DNA of 64,000 nt, from assembly GCA_046563655.1 (NCBI GenBank), contig CM102285.1:1798001-1862000 (forward strand). The letters are read 5' to 3'. The stretch is from Yuukianura sp. NJ FZ-2021. Taxonomy: Eukaryota. A program made the translations under genes and the position numbers. Of the stretch, positions 13,900-26,795 are shown in pieces (within the stretch, counting starts at the first letter, position 1; the number at the start of each line of letters is the position of its first letter). The notes under the pieces are model-generated. The model made no database searches. It saw only the letters and a program-made list of their open reading frames with translations, and was not told the DNA's origin.

Positions 13900-15320
13900 G
13901 GGGTTTTTCAAAAAAAAATCGAAGAGTGCCAAAAAAGTCTTTCAATGAGGGTAAAAGATGCTTTTTCCGTTTTTCTTACGAACTATGCAGCAGCCCGAAA
14001 ATCCCTCTGCAGAATTTGATCTCTTCTTTGCCTTGGCTTTTGGCTGGTTAGCTGCCACTGGCAGCTAGAGTAGTGCCAACCCTTTCAAAAGGAAGATTAG
14101 GACCAGCCAGCCTACAAATCCTTTCCTGCCAAAGAAACCTTATGGAATTTTACTCAAATGGAACAATAGAAAGAGTCAAAAAAAAGTAAAAAATAGAATG
14201 ATAAAGTACTTTCTCCCTGTCTTCACTGCGAACAAAAATCAAAAGGTCAAAGGTCAGCCTCATGAATCCTCCTTTACACAACTTCCCGTCATTTTTCAAA
14301 TTTTTCATTTCCGAAAAATTTCTATTTTTTATTGTAATAATTCCAATAAAAATCTATTTCCAAAAAGTCAAAAGTCACGGTCCAAAAATTCGACTTTCTC
14401 CCTGGAGCAGAAATTTCCTGAAATTACCAGCAAACTTAAATCTCCGAGTTCGTAAAAACACAAAAATTTGTCCAAAACTCAAATTTTTAAAAAAAGATAA
14501 AAGTTCGTGCGTATATTTCTTAATGTATAACTGTTATGGGAAAATGGAGGATTTTGAGTTAGAACTTCTGAGTAAATACAAAAAGAACAAAATTTTGAAA
14601 AGTCATTCAATTATTTTTCAGATTACAAAAAAAAAATAACAAACAAACAAAGATTTTAAAGGTAAAAAAATGTAACTTGTCAAACAATGTAATCATTTTG
14701 AGTTGTAACTCTGCTTGTCATGCATCAAAATATTATGTTGCAAAATCTTGAAACAAGGCAATTTTTTGAAGTAAACAAAAAAGGACGTCTTTTTTTTGCT
14801 TACTAACAATTTCTACAACAAACTCCTTAAAAAAATTAACAATTATGTTTAAGTTATACATTGACATCTCTGCGTTTTGTGACATTACGTGCCAATTCTT
14901 GCAAAAACTCAAAAGGTTACAAACGATAATTTTTTGCACTACTGCATGCTGCATAGTACTACTGCTTGTGTTGAAAAAGGAAAAGTTTTGGTGTAAATAT
15001 ATCTTTTACAAAAAAAAAGTTCAAAAATTAAAATACTTTCTTCCTGGCTTTTGTGTGGTTTTCAAAACTTCCTCCACTTTTGACTTTCGCAGAAAAAGTT
15101 TTTGCAACGCAAAGCAAAACAGCGTTCAAAAGAAAACCTCACTTTTCTCTTAAAAAGCCTCAAACTTCCCTTTCCGCTCCAAGTACAAAATGACAAGCCC
15201 CGCTTCTCTTTGTGGTTTAATTTCCAGTTCCTACCGCGCTATAATTCAAACTTTCAACATTTTACGAAAAACTCTAGTTTTAGCTAAAACACACGAAAAC
15301 ACATAATGAAACAGCGGTTC

Positions 15321-15565
15321 CATGCTATAGTGCCAATTGAATTGCATCAACTACCATTGCATCAACTCGAATTGTGTCAACGCTTTACTGCGTTAACGAC
15401 AACTTTTATCAATGTTCGCAAACCTAATCTCAGCCCAATATTAAGTATTACAAACGTTGGCACAATTAGCAGTTTATACAATTGACAAAGTTGTCAAATT
15501 CCTAGTTGACAAAACTGCAGTTGATGCAATGACAGTTGATACAATTATATTGACACAATGGCATG
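15321..15565. mobile_element. Degenerate foldback / MITE
   Basis: 15321-15381 (CATGCTATAGTGCCAATTGAATTGCATCAACT...GTCAAC) pairs with 15505-15565, and similarity continues inward (GACAACTTT/AAAGTTGTC). No clear TSD. Confidence 0.65.
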
Positions 15566-16552
15566 CTACGAAACGGTAGCCATAATTAACAGAACATTCA
15601 TTAATCAATAAACTCTCATCGTCACATCCCTTCGTTAAATGTGACACGGTTCCACATGCAAACGTCAACTTTTGTCGAAATTTCATTTCGAAAAACGAAA
15701 ATGAGTCATTTTGACGAAAAACACGAAAACACAATAATTACGTAAAACATCAATAAACGTTTAGGAAACGTGTCATAAAAGCCACAAAATGTATGCCAAT
15801 ATTCGATTCAACCAAATTCAAAAACTTGTCAAAAATTCAAAATCTTCCATAGGGAATAAACTCGCTTCGATCAAAAAGCCAGACACACAAATTCATTTTC
15901 ATAGCCCTTTAGTAAAATTTCTGTTTCCTATCGTTTTTTTTTCCAAAAATTCTTTTTTCGAAAAAAAAATCCGGAGAAAAATTTGGCACCTTTTGTTACA
16001 TCACCACCTCATTTGTCTCTTTGTCTTCATTAAAAGTTCCTTCCAGTCAGTTAAGTCCTGGAGTGAGGGTGACGTTTGGGCTTTTCGCGTTTTTAAAAAA
16101 AAAAAAACAGAAAAAGTGTACAATTTCAATTGAAATTCTCTTGTGCTTTCTTTTCTCAGAAAAATCCTACACTAGCGAATGCAGTTGCTGGTTCTCCCGC
16201 CGTCAATTAAATTCAGACGACAGTGTCTGGATGAGACTTGACTTGGTAAAAAGCGACGACAGGGCGACACGCTTCAGCAAGAAGCTACAAAAACTCCGAA
16301 AAAGTGTCCGGAGTTTAGTCAAATTTTAACCAAGTTAAATCCACGACTTTTGTCACGCTCACGTTTCCAACCCCAAAAAAAAAAGTCAAACAGAAAAGCG
16401 CCTTTAGCTCACTTGGTTTCAAAAAAAAACGAAACTGAAAAATGACTACAGAAAATGTGTGAACTTAAAATCCCACTGGAGCAGATCTCAATTAACAAAG
16501 TATCAAAGGTTATGTCAACCACATAGTTCACCAAAACTGCCAAGTTTAAGTG

Positions 16553-16890
16553 ACCTTCCATTTTTCAAAATTCGAAGTTAGGTCAAACTCCATTTTTCAA
16601 AATTTAAAGTTCGGTCGGTCACACTCCATTCTCAAAATTGGAACTTAGGTCACACTCTATTTTCAAAGATTCTAAGTTACGTCACACTCCATTTTTCAAA
16701 ATTCAAATTTAGGCCACACCCTCACACCACATTTGAAACAAAAATTCTTAGCCGGTCACACCCAGCTTTTTAAAAACTCCAGGTTGTGACTAATGTGTCG
16801 CATTAGAAATTTCAAAATTTCAACGTCTGTCACACCCCAATTCAACAAATTCAAGCTCGGGTCACGCTCCAACTTTAAAAAAATTCCTGG
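16553..16890. repeat. Degenerate ~32-bp tandem repeat (GGTCACACTCCATTTTTCAAAATT...)
   Basis: Units start near 16581, 16617, 16648, 16680 and 16712, with decayed copies to ~16890. Confidence 0.8.
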
Positions 16891-18562
16891 TACATTTTCA
16901 GTACCATAGAAAAACTTAACGTTTCAGTCATCCGAAAATGTCACCATCAGAAATCTAAAACACAAATTCAGTTTTCATATTTTTCGAAAATTTCAAAAAA
17001 GAGCATGCACCACTAACTTAACGTGACCTTTGAGTAGAACTGGAGGTCACCTTGGTCCTCTACTTATAGGATCTGACTCTGACAACGTAACTTAATCTGC
17101 TGCCTGGACATGGACATCTTCATGTCACGGTTTGGTTCAGCAGGTCACGCCAACTGTCACCTCCTTTCCACATCAACCGCAAATCCCCCAAGGTTCAGTC
17201 TTCCAAGCATGATTTAATCGAGTAAAAATCATTTTCCTCGATTTTATGCACTTTACACCACAAGCACCCAATGACTTAAATTTTTTTTTTTCCAATTTTA
17301 TCCCAGAGAGCTCCACTGGTAAAAACAAAAACTTAATACCCTTCTCGATTTTTTCACAATTCTAAAGTTAAATTTTCAATCGCGGGCACACTCTATGTAA
17401 CTTCTCAGCTCATACTCGTCTTCTCCAGAGAATTTCAGAAAACGAGAAACTTCAATTTTGATTTTTTTTCGAAATCCTAAATCCTTTCTGAAGTGTTTAC
17501 AGTAGCATTAAGGAATGGAGGAAAAAGTGCTCAAAGTTTAAAAATCCTATTTGAAAATGGATCAGTAGAGACGAGGCCTTCCAGAATCCAGACCGGATGA
17601 CCTTGTCACTCCAAATGTCAATCAACTCACAAAATGAACTCAAAACTTCCCTTGTACTACAATTCAACTTCAACTCTCACTTCCATTCAAAAAAAAAGTT
17701 CACAAAAAATCAGATCACAAAATTCGCTCCACTTCAAAAATAAAACCTTCCACTTTTCTGAATTTCCCAAAACCTAAAGCAAAATTTAATGTTTTCAATT
17801 CATTTTATATCCACAATTTGCAAAGTTGTTCAAAATAGATTTAAATTTCCTTATTCGATTCAAAAATAGCATAAAACTTATTCAAAAAGCCTTGTTTTAA
17901 CAATTTCTAAAAAAAAATCTATTCTAAAAATCATGTTCAAAGGATCACAAATCTAACCAACTACACAGCGTTCATGGCAAATTTCAAATTCATTTTTCAC
18001 ATTTTTGTGACAACTCTATGCTCTATTTTCGTAAAATCCTGACAAGTCCATTTACAACTCCCGTCACGAACAAATTTCTTGATGGAACAAAAAACCGAAC
18101 GGTGGAGAGAGTAGAATCAAATCCGATTTTGACTCAAAAAACGGTCGCTCAAATCCGCTTTTCTTAGAAATCACAAAAAATCTCAACATCAAAAACCGCT
18201 TTAGCCTTCCACGTGACCTGACCAAAACACTTTATAAAAATCCCGATTAGTCGTAGTCCACTCTACTACTCGTATTTTTAACAGTCCACACCAAGAATAA
18301 ACATTAGCCACAACTTGCTTCTCACAAAGTGATGGACTCGCCAAAACTTTTTCTACCATCGTGCAAAAATAAAAACGAAGAAAAGAACTTTTTTTTCGAA
18401 ATCCAAACTTTTATTTGTACAAACTAACTTTTCCCTCCAGTTCCTGTTTCGTATTGACTAGCATTGCAATACCATATATCCCACACTACATCTCTCAGAC
18501 TAAGTTAAGCTATACACCTCCTATAGAATATATACTCACGGTTCCTTGACAGCGCAAAGTTA

Positions 18563-18794
18563 ATTTTCTTTACCAGGTTGGGTACTACCAACCTTGTTGA
18601 CAGAAAAACGAAAAAAAAACAACAACAAAAATTGGTACCAATTTTAGCACCAATCCGAAAAATTGCTACCAATTCGTATTTAAAATTTAAAAAAATTCGG
18701 CCGTATTGTTATGACTACGATGCCCTGAAATAAAAAGACACTTTTTCGCTAAATCAAGAAACCATGAGGTATTACCCAACCTGTTAAGGAAAAT
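18563..18794. mobile_element. Degenerate MITE-like inverted repeat flanked by TA-rich tracts
   Basis: 18563-18589 (ATTTTCTTTACCAGGTTGGGTACTACC) versus 18768-18794 (GGTATTACCCAACCTGTTAAGGAAAAT) match at 24/27. Weaker similarity extends out to TATATA runs at ~18530 and ~18815. Confidence 0.55.
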
Positions 18795-21700
18795 CGAAGT
18801 CAACAAACCTTGCTATATATATATCCCTCCAGAAAAGATAAACTACTCGTGGAATTCCCCAAAAATTTCAAAAAAAAAAACCGGGCAGCGTTGAGCGGGA
18901 ACTTTCGTCCTATCGATCCAACTTTCTCTCCCACTCTCGGTCGATACTCCTTCGCGCTGAAACGCTAAAACTACTATAACCAGCCATTGCTTCAGCTCCA
19001 GACAGAATCGCTTCTGAGAGCATTGCGCCAAATGGCACACATTTCCATTTCACCGCGGCGGCTCCCAGGAAATTGCAATGCAGCTTTCCTTACACTACTT
19101 TCACCCGTACAACACTTTCTCCTTTCCTAACAGGCTTTGGACATAGACTGAAAGGCAGTCTATTTTACGAACCTAACCTATACTATTTTCTCTATTTTCT
19201 ACTCTACGAATCAAACGCACGCTATTTTCAACATTGTACAAAGTACTTCCTTTGTTTCGTACAACATCATACAAATTTTGTCCAACGCTGCAGGAGGTAT
19301 AAATAGGCTCATGGGTCACATGACTCTCATTGGCCAAATTGGAAGGCTCAAACGAACCAGAACTAATTTCTAGAACAGTTCTAGCCTATTCCTGTCGTCT
19401 ACAAAACCAACAGAGCAGACGCTGGTTGGTGGTGCTGCTGCTGAAGTAATAAAATTTGGCAAAAGTCACCTTGGAACCAATTGTAAAAGACATGGCTTCT
19501 GGTTTCCTTGCCATAATTTAATCTAAAACGACAGTGTGCTGGTTCTCTAAAGTCGTTTCTTTCATACAGCACAGGATTTTCAATTTCGCAATAATTTATA
19601 ATGCTAACAATAACATGGTTCATATTTCAATTCAATCTTGGTCGATGACTCACAAAAAATTTCAGGAGCTAGAGTTCAATTCAAGCCGGAGTTCTTTTTT
19701 ATTTTGGTTGACCTACTAAATTTTTCAGTATGTTGGCCTCACTCAACTTCAGTTACAAGCTCGTACAATTTTTTTTCTAGAAACGCATTTTTAGCACTCC
19801 CGGAGACAAAGTTTCTGCAAACAAAAAAAAAAGTGGGCCACGGGTACGATTCCCGTCAGAAGCAAACATTTCTCATCGAGTTTTTCGTTAATTTAAAACC
19901 TCTAGCTTTGACTTCAGCATCTAAAACAAATATTTATGTTTTGTACTTTAATCACTTCAACCTAGAAATCTGTAATTCCCAATGCAAAGTTATTGCATAA
20001 TCTGGGCTTGAAATCTTCTGAACATGATTTCACACTCCAGAATAAAAAAAAATACTGTTTTTAATATTAATATAAAAAAAATTTTTTAATACATTTAGTT
20101 TTTAAACACTCTTTTTTTTAAATTTAAACAAATCAGGCGTTGGCAACGGCGCGTTCTAAATGTTACGCTCAACTGGCTCCTTTTTTAAAAAATGGACAAT
20201 GATCCTGTTTTAGACTTATTTTCCTCTAATGGAATCAACAGCATCTTCCAGCACAGAAACAGAAACGGCGGCTCTTTTTCAAATCCCTTTTCAAAAAAGC
20301 GGAGAAAACTTCCGTTCCAGTTCCTCCCCATCTTTTTATTTTTCAATTGGATAAATTCTCTTTTTCGAAACTTCCCAACAAACATTTTCTGGAAATTAGA
20401 CAGTGACGGAGAGCCTATTTACTCAACTTAAAAAAAAAGAAACGGAAGCAGCCAAAAACAAGCTACAGACGACGATTCTAAGGCAAAGAGACTCAAATAA
20501 TTCATCCACTCTCTTCCACCACTTGGGAAACAAGAACACAGTTGAGCAAGCCAATTACTTTCGCCATTTTGAACATTTCCCGCCACCACTCTCAGCCTAA
20601 AAAATACTTAAAATAAAAAATTTACTTAAAAAACGCCATTTTCAAACTAACAGTAAAACATAAATAGTATCCTGCACATGTCAGGAAACCATGGAGGGTG
20701 CAAATGTTCCAAAAAAAAAAATCAGAAAATTCACTCCAGTTTTTACGTTAAAAAAAAAACAGCCATTTTCAAAATTTGTTTTCAAAACTAACCACAGTAA
20801 AACTTGCTCAGCAACTATGGAGGGACAAACATGCCATCAGACTCAAAATTTTTATTTTTATGCCCCAACATTAAAAGTTCCATTAAAAAATCACATCAGT
20901 TGACGTCATCACTTCGCTAGATGAGTAACTCTCTGCCTTCGTCTTCCTTCTTTTCGTTTCGAATGTGCTGCAAGACGTGCTTCTCGTCCAAAAAAGTCAA
21001 TTTCTCATTAACGCCTTACGACTTTAGTACTTTTACACTCATCATCAGCAGACTTTCATACCATCTACCACAAAACGCCAAGATTCCAAGCCTTGAGACA
21101 TGTGCCACAATTTCATGAGTCACTCACAAGACTCCCACAAACCAAAAAGACATTGTCAGCATTCAGCAGACATAAGCACTTGCAGTTATGCAACTCTCGT
21201 TTAGCTTGTTGCTTTAAAACTCATAACTTGCTGAGCTGGTCCAAGCCAGTTTCTAAGTTCTAAAATTCAAATGACATGCTAATCCAAATGTTGAAACCAT
21301 TCAAAAGAAGATTTAGAAAGAGAAAAGAAATTGAAAGCCTTTTGAGAACAACAGAGTTTAGACAAAGTTAAGTAATATGCCACAGGGCCCCCTCATGAAT
21401 AAAAATAAATAAATTTTCACCTTTTGTCAAAATAGACTAGTTTACTCTGCTAAAGATGTTAATTCAAAGAAAACAATACCCTTAAGCCCAATTTACACTA
21501 ACAATAGGGGATTCGACATGCTAAACCCTGTACATACAAAACTTAAAAATTGGGTCGGCATGTGATGCCCATCTCATACCTTTGTAAAATAAAGAAAAAA
21601 TCCAATAAAGAATTTTAATCGCGATTTGCCAAATTCCAAGTCTTCACAATTAGGTAAAATGTTAACCCAACACACAGTTTCTGCGGAATTAATAGAAAAT

Positions 21701-24700
21701 TAATGTAAAGCCTGGTTCACATTCAGCGCATAATTTAAAAAAAAATTGAAAAAAAAAATAGTAAAGTCTGATTTACACTTCTTTTAAAATTTCGAAAAGC
21801 TCATCCACAAATCTTACAAAAATTAAGCCAGGTTCACACATTCGCTAAAATTTGAAAGAGCAAACACGAAACATGCAAAACATAATTTACACTTCAAGAA
21901 TATTTTTTTTTGTATGAAAGTCAGCTCGTACCGGTTTCCAAAATTTAAAGAAAATTCTAATGCGGTTAAGCCTGGTACACACCTCAAAATTTGTAAAAAA
22001 AAAATGTACAACCCTAATGTTTCCCTGGAACTCTCCCATAGTATAATATTTTGCTCAGGCGTTAATTACTGCTAAGTTAATTAGGGTATGTTCACATCAT
22101 GTTTTTTAGGTAAAGTCGCTAACTATACCTTATTACTTTTTGCTCTTAGCAGATAATTGTGACGGATGGAAAATGGAAAGGTGAGGTTAGTGAAAGTGAC
22201 AAATTGGGAATGTCTTCTTCCTTTTAGCTCAGTTTGAACCAGGAAAGCAACTGCACAGTAGTAACTATGTAATGCTTCCCTTACCACACTTTCCTATCTT
22301 CCTTTTGATCAAAACTAAATGGATTACTACTTCCAACCAACTTCAGCAGCTGTCAAAGCCACCACATAATTGATTTTGGGTTTTAGCCCCCTTTTAAAAT
22401 CTACTACAAAACCAAAAAAAAGTCAGAAAAAGTTTTACCTAAAAATCGACAAATCGATTCTAAAAGCGTCTCCTTCCGTTTCTTTTTTGTTTGGGTAAAA
22501 CTACAAAAAAAAATGCAATTTCAAAACAAAAACCTTTCTCGGTTTTCTGTCAGAAAAAACAGCGGGAAAATAAATTACACGAAACCTTAGAAAATGGAAA
22601 ACATTTGCTACGAAACGTAGAAAACAAAAGCCTAACAAGAAAAAAGTTGCCATAGCTGCCACTTCCAAGCACACGACAAGAACACGACAGTGAAACCTTA
22701 GATATAACTAACCTAGCCCAACCAACCAAAAATAACATAGTTTAACAAAGAAAAAAAAACTTTTTCGAATGAAAAGGCTAAAAAAAAGTTGACCTTACAT
22801 TTCTACACTTTCTGAAGCACACCAAAACTATCCTAAAACAAAAATAAAAATAATAAAGTTTCTAAATATAAAGACTTCTTTAAAAAAATTTTTTCCTTTG
22901 TTTCCATGAAAAATTTGTGGGGAGTGATTCCTCCCTATAATAAAATTAAGCTAATTCGGCATTTAACTTTAAAAAAAATAAAGCTTTTGTTTAAAAAACT
23001 CCGCCGGATTTGGATTTTTAAATCTAAACATACTCGCAGTATATTCATATCAACACATGACCAATGTTGTTTGAATCAAAATTTTGTTTGTTCTTAACAC
23101 GTTATACCATAAATCCATTTTTCAAATTTTTAAATTTTTTGATCTGACGCGGTTCCGTTGTATTAGCAGTTATATCGGAGTTATGGCATAACTTGTTAGC
23201 GTATTTGTTTAAATGGTCGCTACAGCAACCTTGCGCCTGATAAAATCACAGCTCGCCTCCACAATTCCCAAATCTCAAACACTCCTACTAAAACAAACAA
23301 AATTTCGACAGTCCAATTTCAAATTTTCTGCACTTTCCCGCCCCCACATGACCTCTTCAAAAGTTCATCTGGTCCGAATCCATTCATTCCATTTGCAATA
23401 TCAACATTCCCATTCATCCTACGCATCTTTTCAAAACATCAAATCAATGACTGCTCTAAATCTCCCGCCCTTCGTTCCAATTTTTCATTCTTTCATCTCA
23501 TCCCCAAAATCTCTTTCTACAACAAAAACAAAACCAGTTTCAACTTTTTGTTATCATTTGTCTAAAAGTTTCCAAGGTTCAAGTTAACCTAGTCTCTCTC
23601 CCTAGGTTAATAATAACATTAGTATGGAGGGGCACAAATGACATATGGTAAGTTGATGAGATTTTGAATCCGGATGTACCGTCGTGTTTCTTGGAACCTA
23701 ACTTACTACTTTTAGTTTCCATTTCCAAAAACTGCATCGTCTGGAGGTTACGAGCTTAGGTTTACCATATGCTTTCCCTCGGATTTCCCAAAAATAGATT
23801 TTCCAAAGGAAAAAAAAACTCCCTCCCGTGTTTAGCTTCTGCTCAGAATGTTTCGTATTTCAAAACAGCGCGCGCTCACCTTTAGCTTTTTTCGGGTCTC
23901 GTGTCGTCGTGTCTCCCCTCCGAAAAACTCCCAGGTCGCTCCACCGGTCAAAACCTTTTGGTTTGGCTGGTGGTGGTGACTGATTAAATTTTAATGTTGT
24001 CCGTGCCCTTTTCCATGCCGTTGCCCCTAGCAACCTCCAGGGTCAAAATTACTCAACAATGAGTCATCCTGGTTTTTCTGGAAGGTTACTAAGGGAGAGA
24101 AAGAGCGGGAAAGTTCAAACAACTGCCGTAATCCCATCCTTGTCAGAGAAAGTAAACACATCAAAATCCATGGCGCGCAAGTGGAGCAAAGAGGGGAAAC
24201 GAGATCCGTCCAATTAAGGGATTTGCACCAACAATCCCCATCAGGAAACTTTCCCCTCGTTTTTTTTTTCGAAAAATGAGAACGTCATTTCGAAATTTCG
24301 AATTTCGAAAGGACACGAACAGTCGTTTCACACTTTTGGTTCATCAAGTTCCGAAAACGAAACGATCGACATGAAAAACTGACCCAATCAAGAGGTCTTC
24401 TCGCAGTAGAATTTGTCGGTGTTTCAAAAAAGTATAAAAAAAAATCCGCCAACAACGAATTCAATCCTGTTTTTGAAATGCAACGCAAGCCAATTTTTCC
24501 CCGCCTTTCTACGACGACCATTCCTCCTCATTCTTTCTCAAGAGAAAAGTCTAACGATATCTCTTACGTGCCTGAATTCCCGAGTAAAAACAACCCGGAG
24601 ACTAAATTTGAGCATTGAACCTTTCCGTTCCTTTCATTTCAGTGAGTCCGTAACAGGACAATCTCGCACGCACTATTCGCGCATAGTCATTTCCAAAATT

Positions 24701-24788
24701 ATAGTTTGAATAATCTAACTCGAAACTTTTACTTCCTATACACTATTATTACGATTACAATTTCCGATTATGTTACGCAGTTTGTTAC

Positions 24789-25017
24789 CTGTTGCGCAGT
24801 TTGTGCACTGTTGCGCAGTTTCTGCGCTGTTGCGCAGTTTCTGCGCTGTTGCGCAGTTTCTGCGCTGTTGCGCAGTTTCTGCGCTGTTGCGCAGTTTCTG
24901 CGCTGTTGCGCAGTTTCTGCGCTGTTGCGCAGTTTCTGCGCTGTTGCGCAGTTTCTGCGCTGTTGCGCAGTTTCTGCGCTGTTGCGCAGTTTCTGCGCTG
25001 TTGCGCAGTTTCTGCGC
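24789..25017. repeat. 19-bp GC-rich minisatellite TGTTGCGCAGTTTCTGCGC x12, followed by (TA)n
   Basis: Near-perfect tandem copies, each containing the palindrome GCGCAG-TTT-CTGCGC. A (TA)n tract follows at ~25020-25048. Confidence 0.97.
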
Positions 25018-25267
25018 AGATATATATATATAATATATATATATATATTAATATTAGTTAATTCCATTTAATCAGCTAATTACTTTTGTTTCACCAAAAA
25101 AAATTAACCAAACAAACAATCGTAAAAAATAAGGCGATAAACTGAAACATACGTTCCCTCCTAAATTAAAACTTTACGGTGCCGCGACTTCGAGTGAAAG
25201 TGAGAAAGAGGAGGAGCTCCTGTCCCTTATTTAGAGAATCCACTGCACTTTTAATCAAAAACGTTAA

Positions 25268-25337
25268 AATATTTACTTAATTAACATTAAGGGCATGGGC
25301 AAATCAATAAATATTTAGTAATAAAATGCCCAAAATA
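25268..25337 (+). repeat. Dispersed ~70-bp repeat, copy 1
   Basis: AATATTTAC...TTAACATTAAGGGCATGGGCAAATCAATAAATATTTAGTAA, matching 61351-61420. Confidence 0.75.
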
Positions 25338-26524
25338 TTGATTTCGCTAACATTACGGGCATGAAAGCTAAATATTTTTTTCCAGTATACCGGTATTCTA
25401 TACACCGATACCGTACGGTCAACTCCGTCCGTTACCGCCGCTGCCTTCCCTTCCAGAAGAGTTAGCACATCAAAACTTTCCTTTCGGTTTGCAGTTGAGG
25501 ATGCTGCTGAAACAATACGATCCTGTCGGAGGAGTGGAGGGAAGTTTGAATTTAAGGAGGATCCATGACTCTTTACCACATCTTACCACAGCACCGCCGC
25601 GCTTCCGCAGCAGGAGTTGTTGACAGAAAAGTGGAGGGTCCATCGTCTTACAACCAAAAGATCCTAGCACGAGACACCCGGGAAAAGTCATAGGCTGAGA
25701 ATGGATCTGAATTTCAATTCCAAAAATAAGCCCTATTCTCCCTTCCCAATTCAAAACCCTACGCTTTTACCCTCAGCGTCTTCCCAAAATTCATAACGAA
25801 TTGAAACTTCCCTCCTGTCTTTGTCAATCCAAAATCGTCACTCGAAATACCCGGGAATTTCCAATTTCCCACTCCAGCATTTCCCACTTCTACCTCATTC
25901 CAGCACCAACCAATCAAATACTTTTTCCTCTTAAAAAACTAGAATCCATTACTATTCAAGTGGACGGTTGTGCATGTTCCCTGGCGTAAAAATTTCTAAT
26001 AACCATAACGTGATCTCATCTTTCTCTATTTTCCAAAATTTCCAGCCATCTCCAAAAACTCCCACCACTTCTTTGGGGTCGTTTAGTTCCAGAAAATTTT
26101 TTATTCTTGTCAATTTCCGCGGAAAATTCAAACATTTAAATTCATCCCACAAGCTCCTGCATGGATCCAATAAATGGGACAATGGAGTCGTTCCCTTTGA
26201 CAGTTATGCACTTCCAAAATTTCTCATCTTTCCACTTTTTTAGTCCTCTGCAGAGTACGGAGCCAAAAACTCTTATCCAAATCATCACCATCGCCATTCC
26301 TCCTGAATTTTGGAATAATTTCCCGTCATTTTCAACTCTTTTTTCTTCCAAATTTGAAATTCCCACAAAAAATTTTCTGGAATTGATATTCGACGGAAAC
26401 AAACCATAGTTGAAGAAACTTAAAAAAAAGTAGCACTAACTTCCTCCTCAAAAATTTGCACGTAGAATTTAAAAAAAAACCTGGTTTCTATGCAACCCCT
26501 TGATACAGTGCAAAATATAACACA

Positions 26525-26795
26525 AAAAATATCTACTTTCAAAATATCTCGAAAAATATCGGAACTAAAAATATCTCCGAAACTAGCTCGACACATATTA
26601 TCTGGGAAAATATCTTGAAAAATAGTTGTACCTCGACTAAAAATATATCTCAGGATAAACCAAAATATGTTGAAAAGTATCTCGACAAATATTTACCGCC
26701 ACAAAACATGTCTCGGTACCAAAAATATCTGAAAACATATCAACCAAAAATATCCCTGCGCTACAAAGTATCTCGAAAGATATCTCAGAAAATAC
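26525..26795. repeat. Decayed short tandem motif (AAAATATCTCG)
   Basis: More than ten variably spaced AAATATCT-like copies. Confidence 0.6.

Noticed and set aside
24706-25071. Overlapping ORFs (CCAVSALLRSF...) and a CRISPR-like palindromic repeat
   Set aside because: The ORFs are translations of a 19-bp tandem repeat. The units are head-to-tail with no unique spacers and no cas genes, in a eukaryotic intron.
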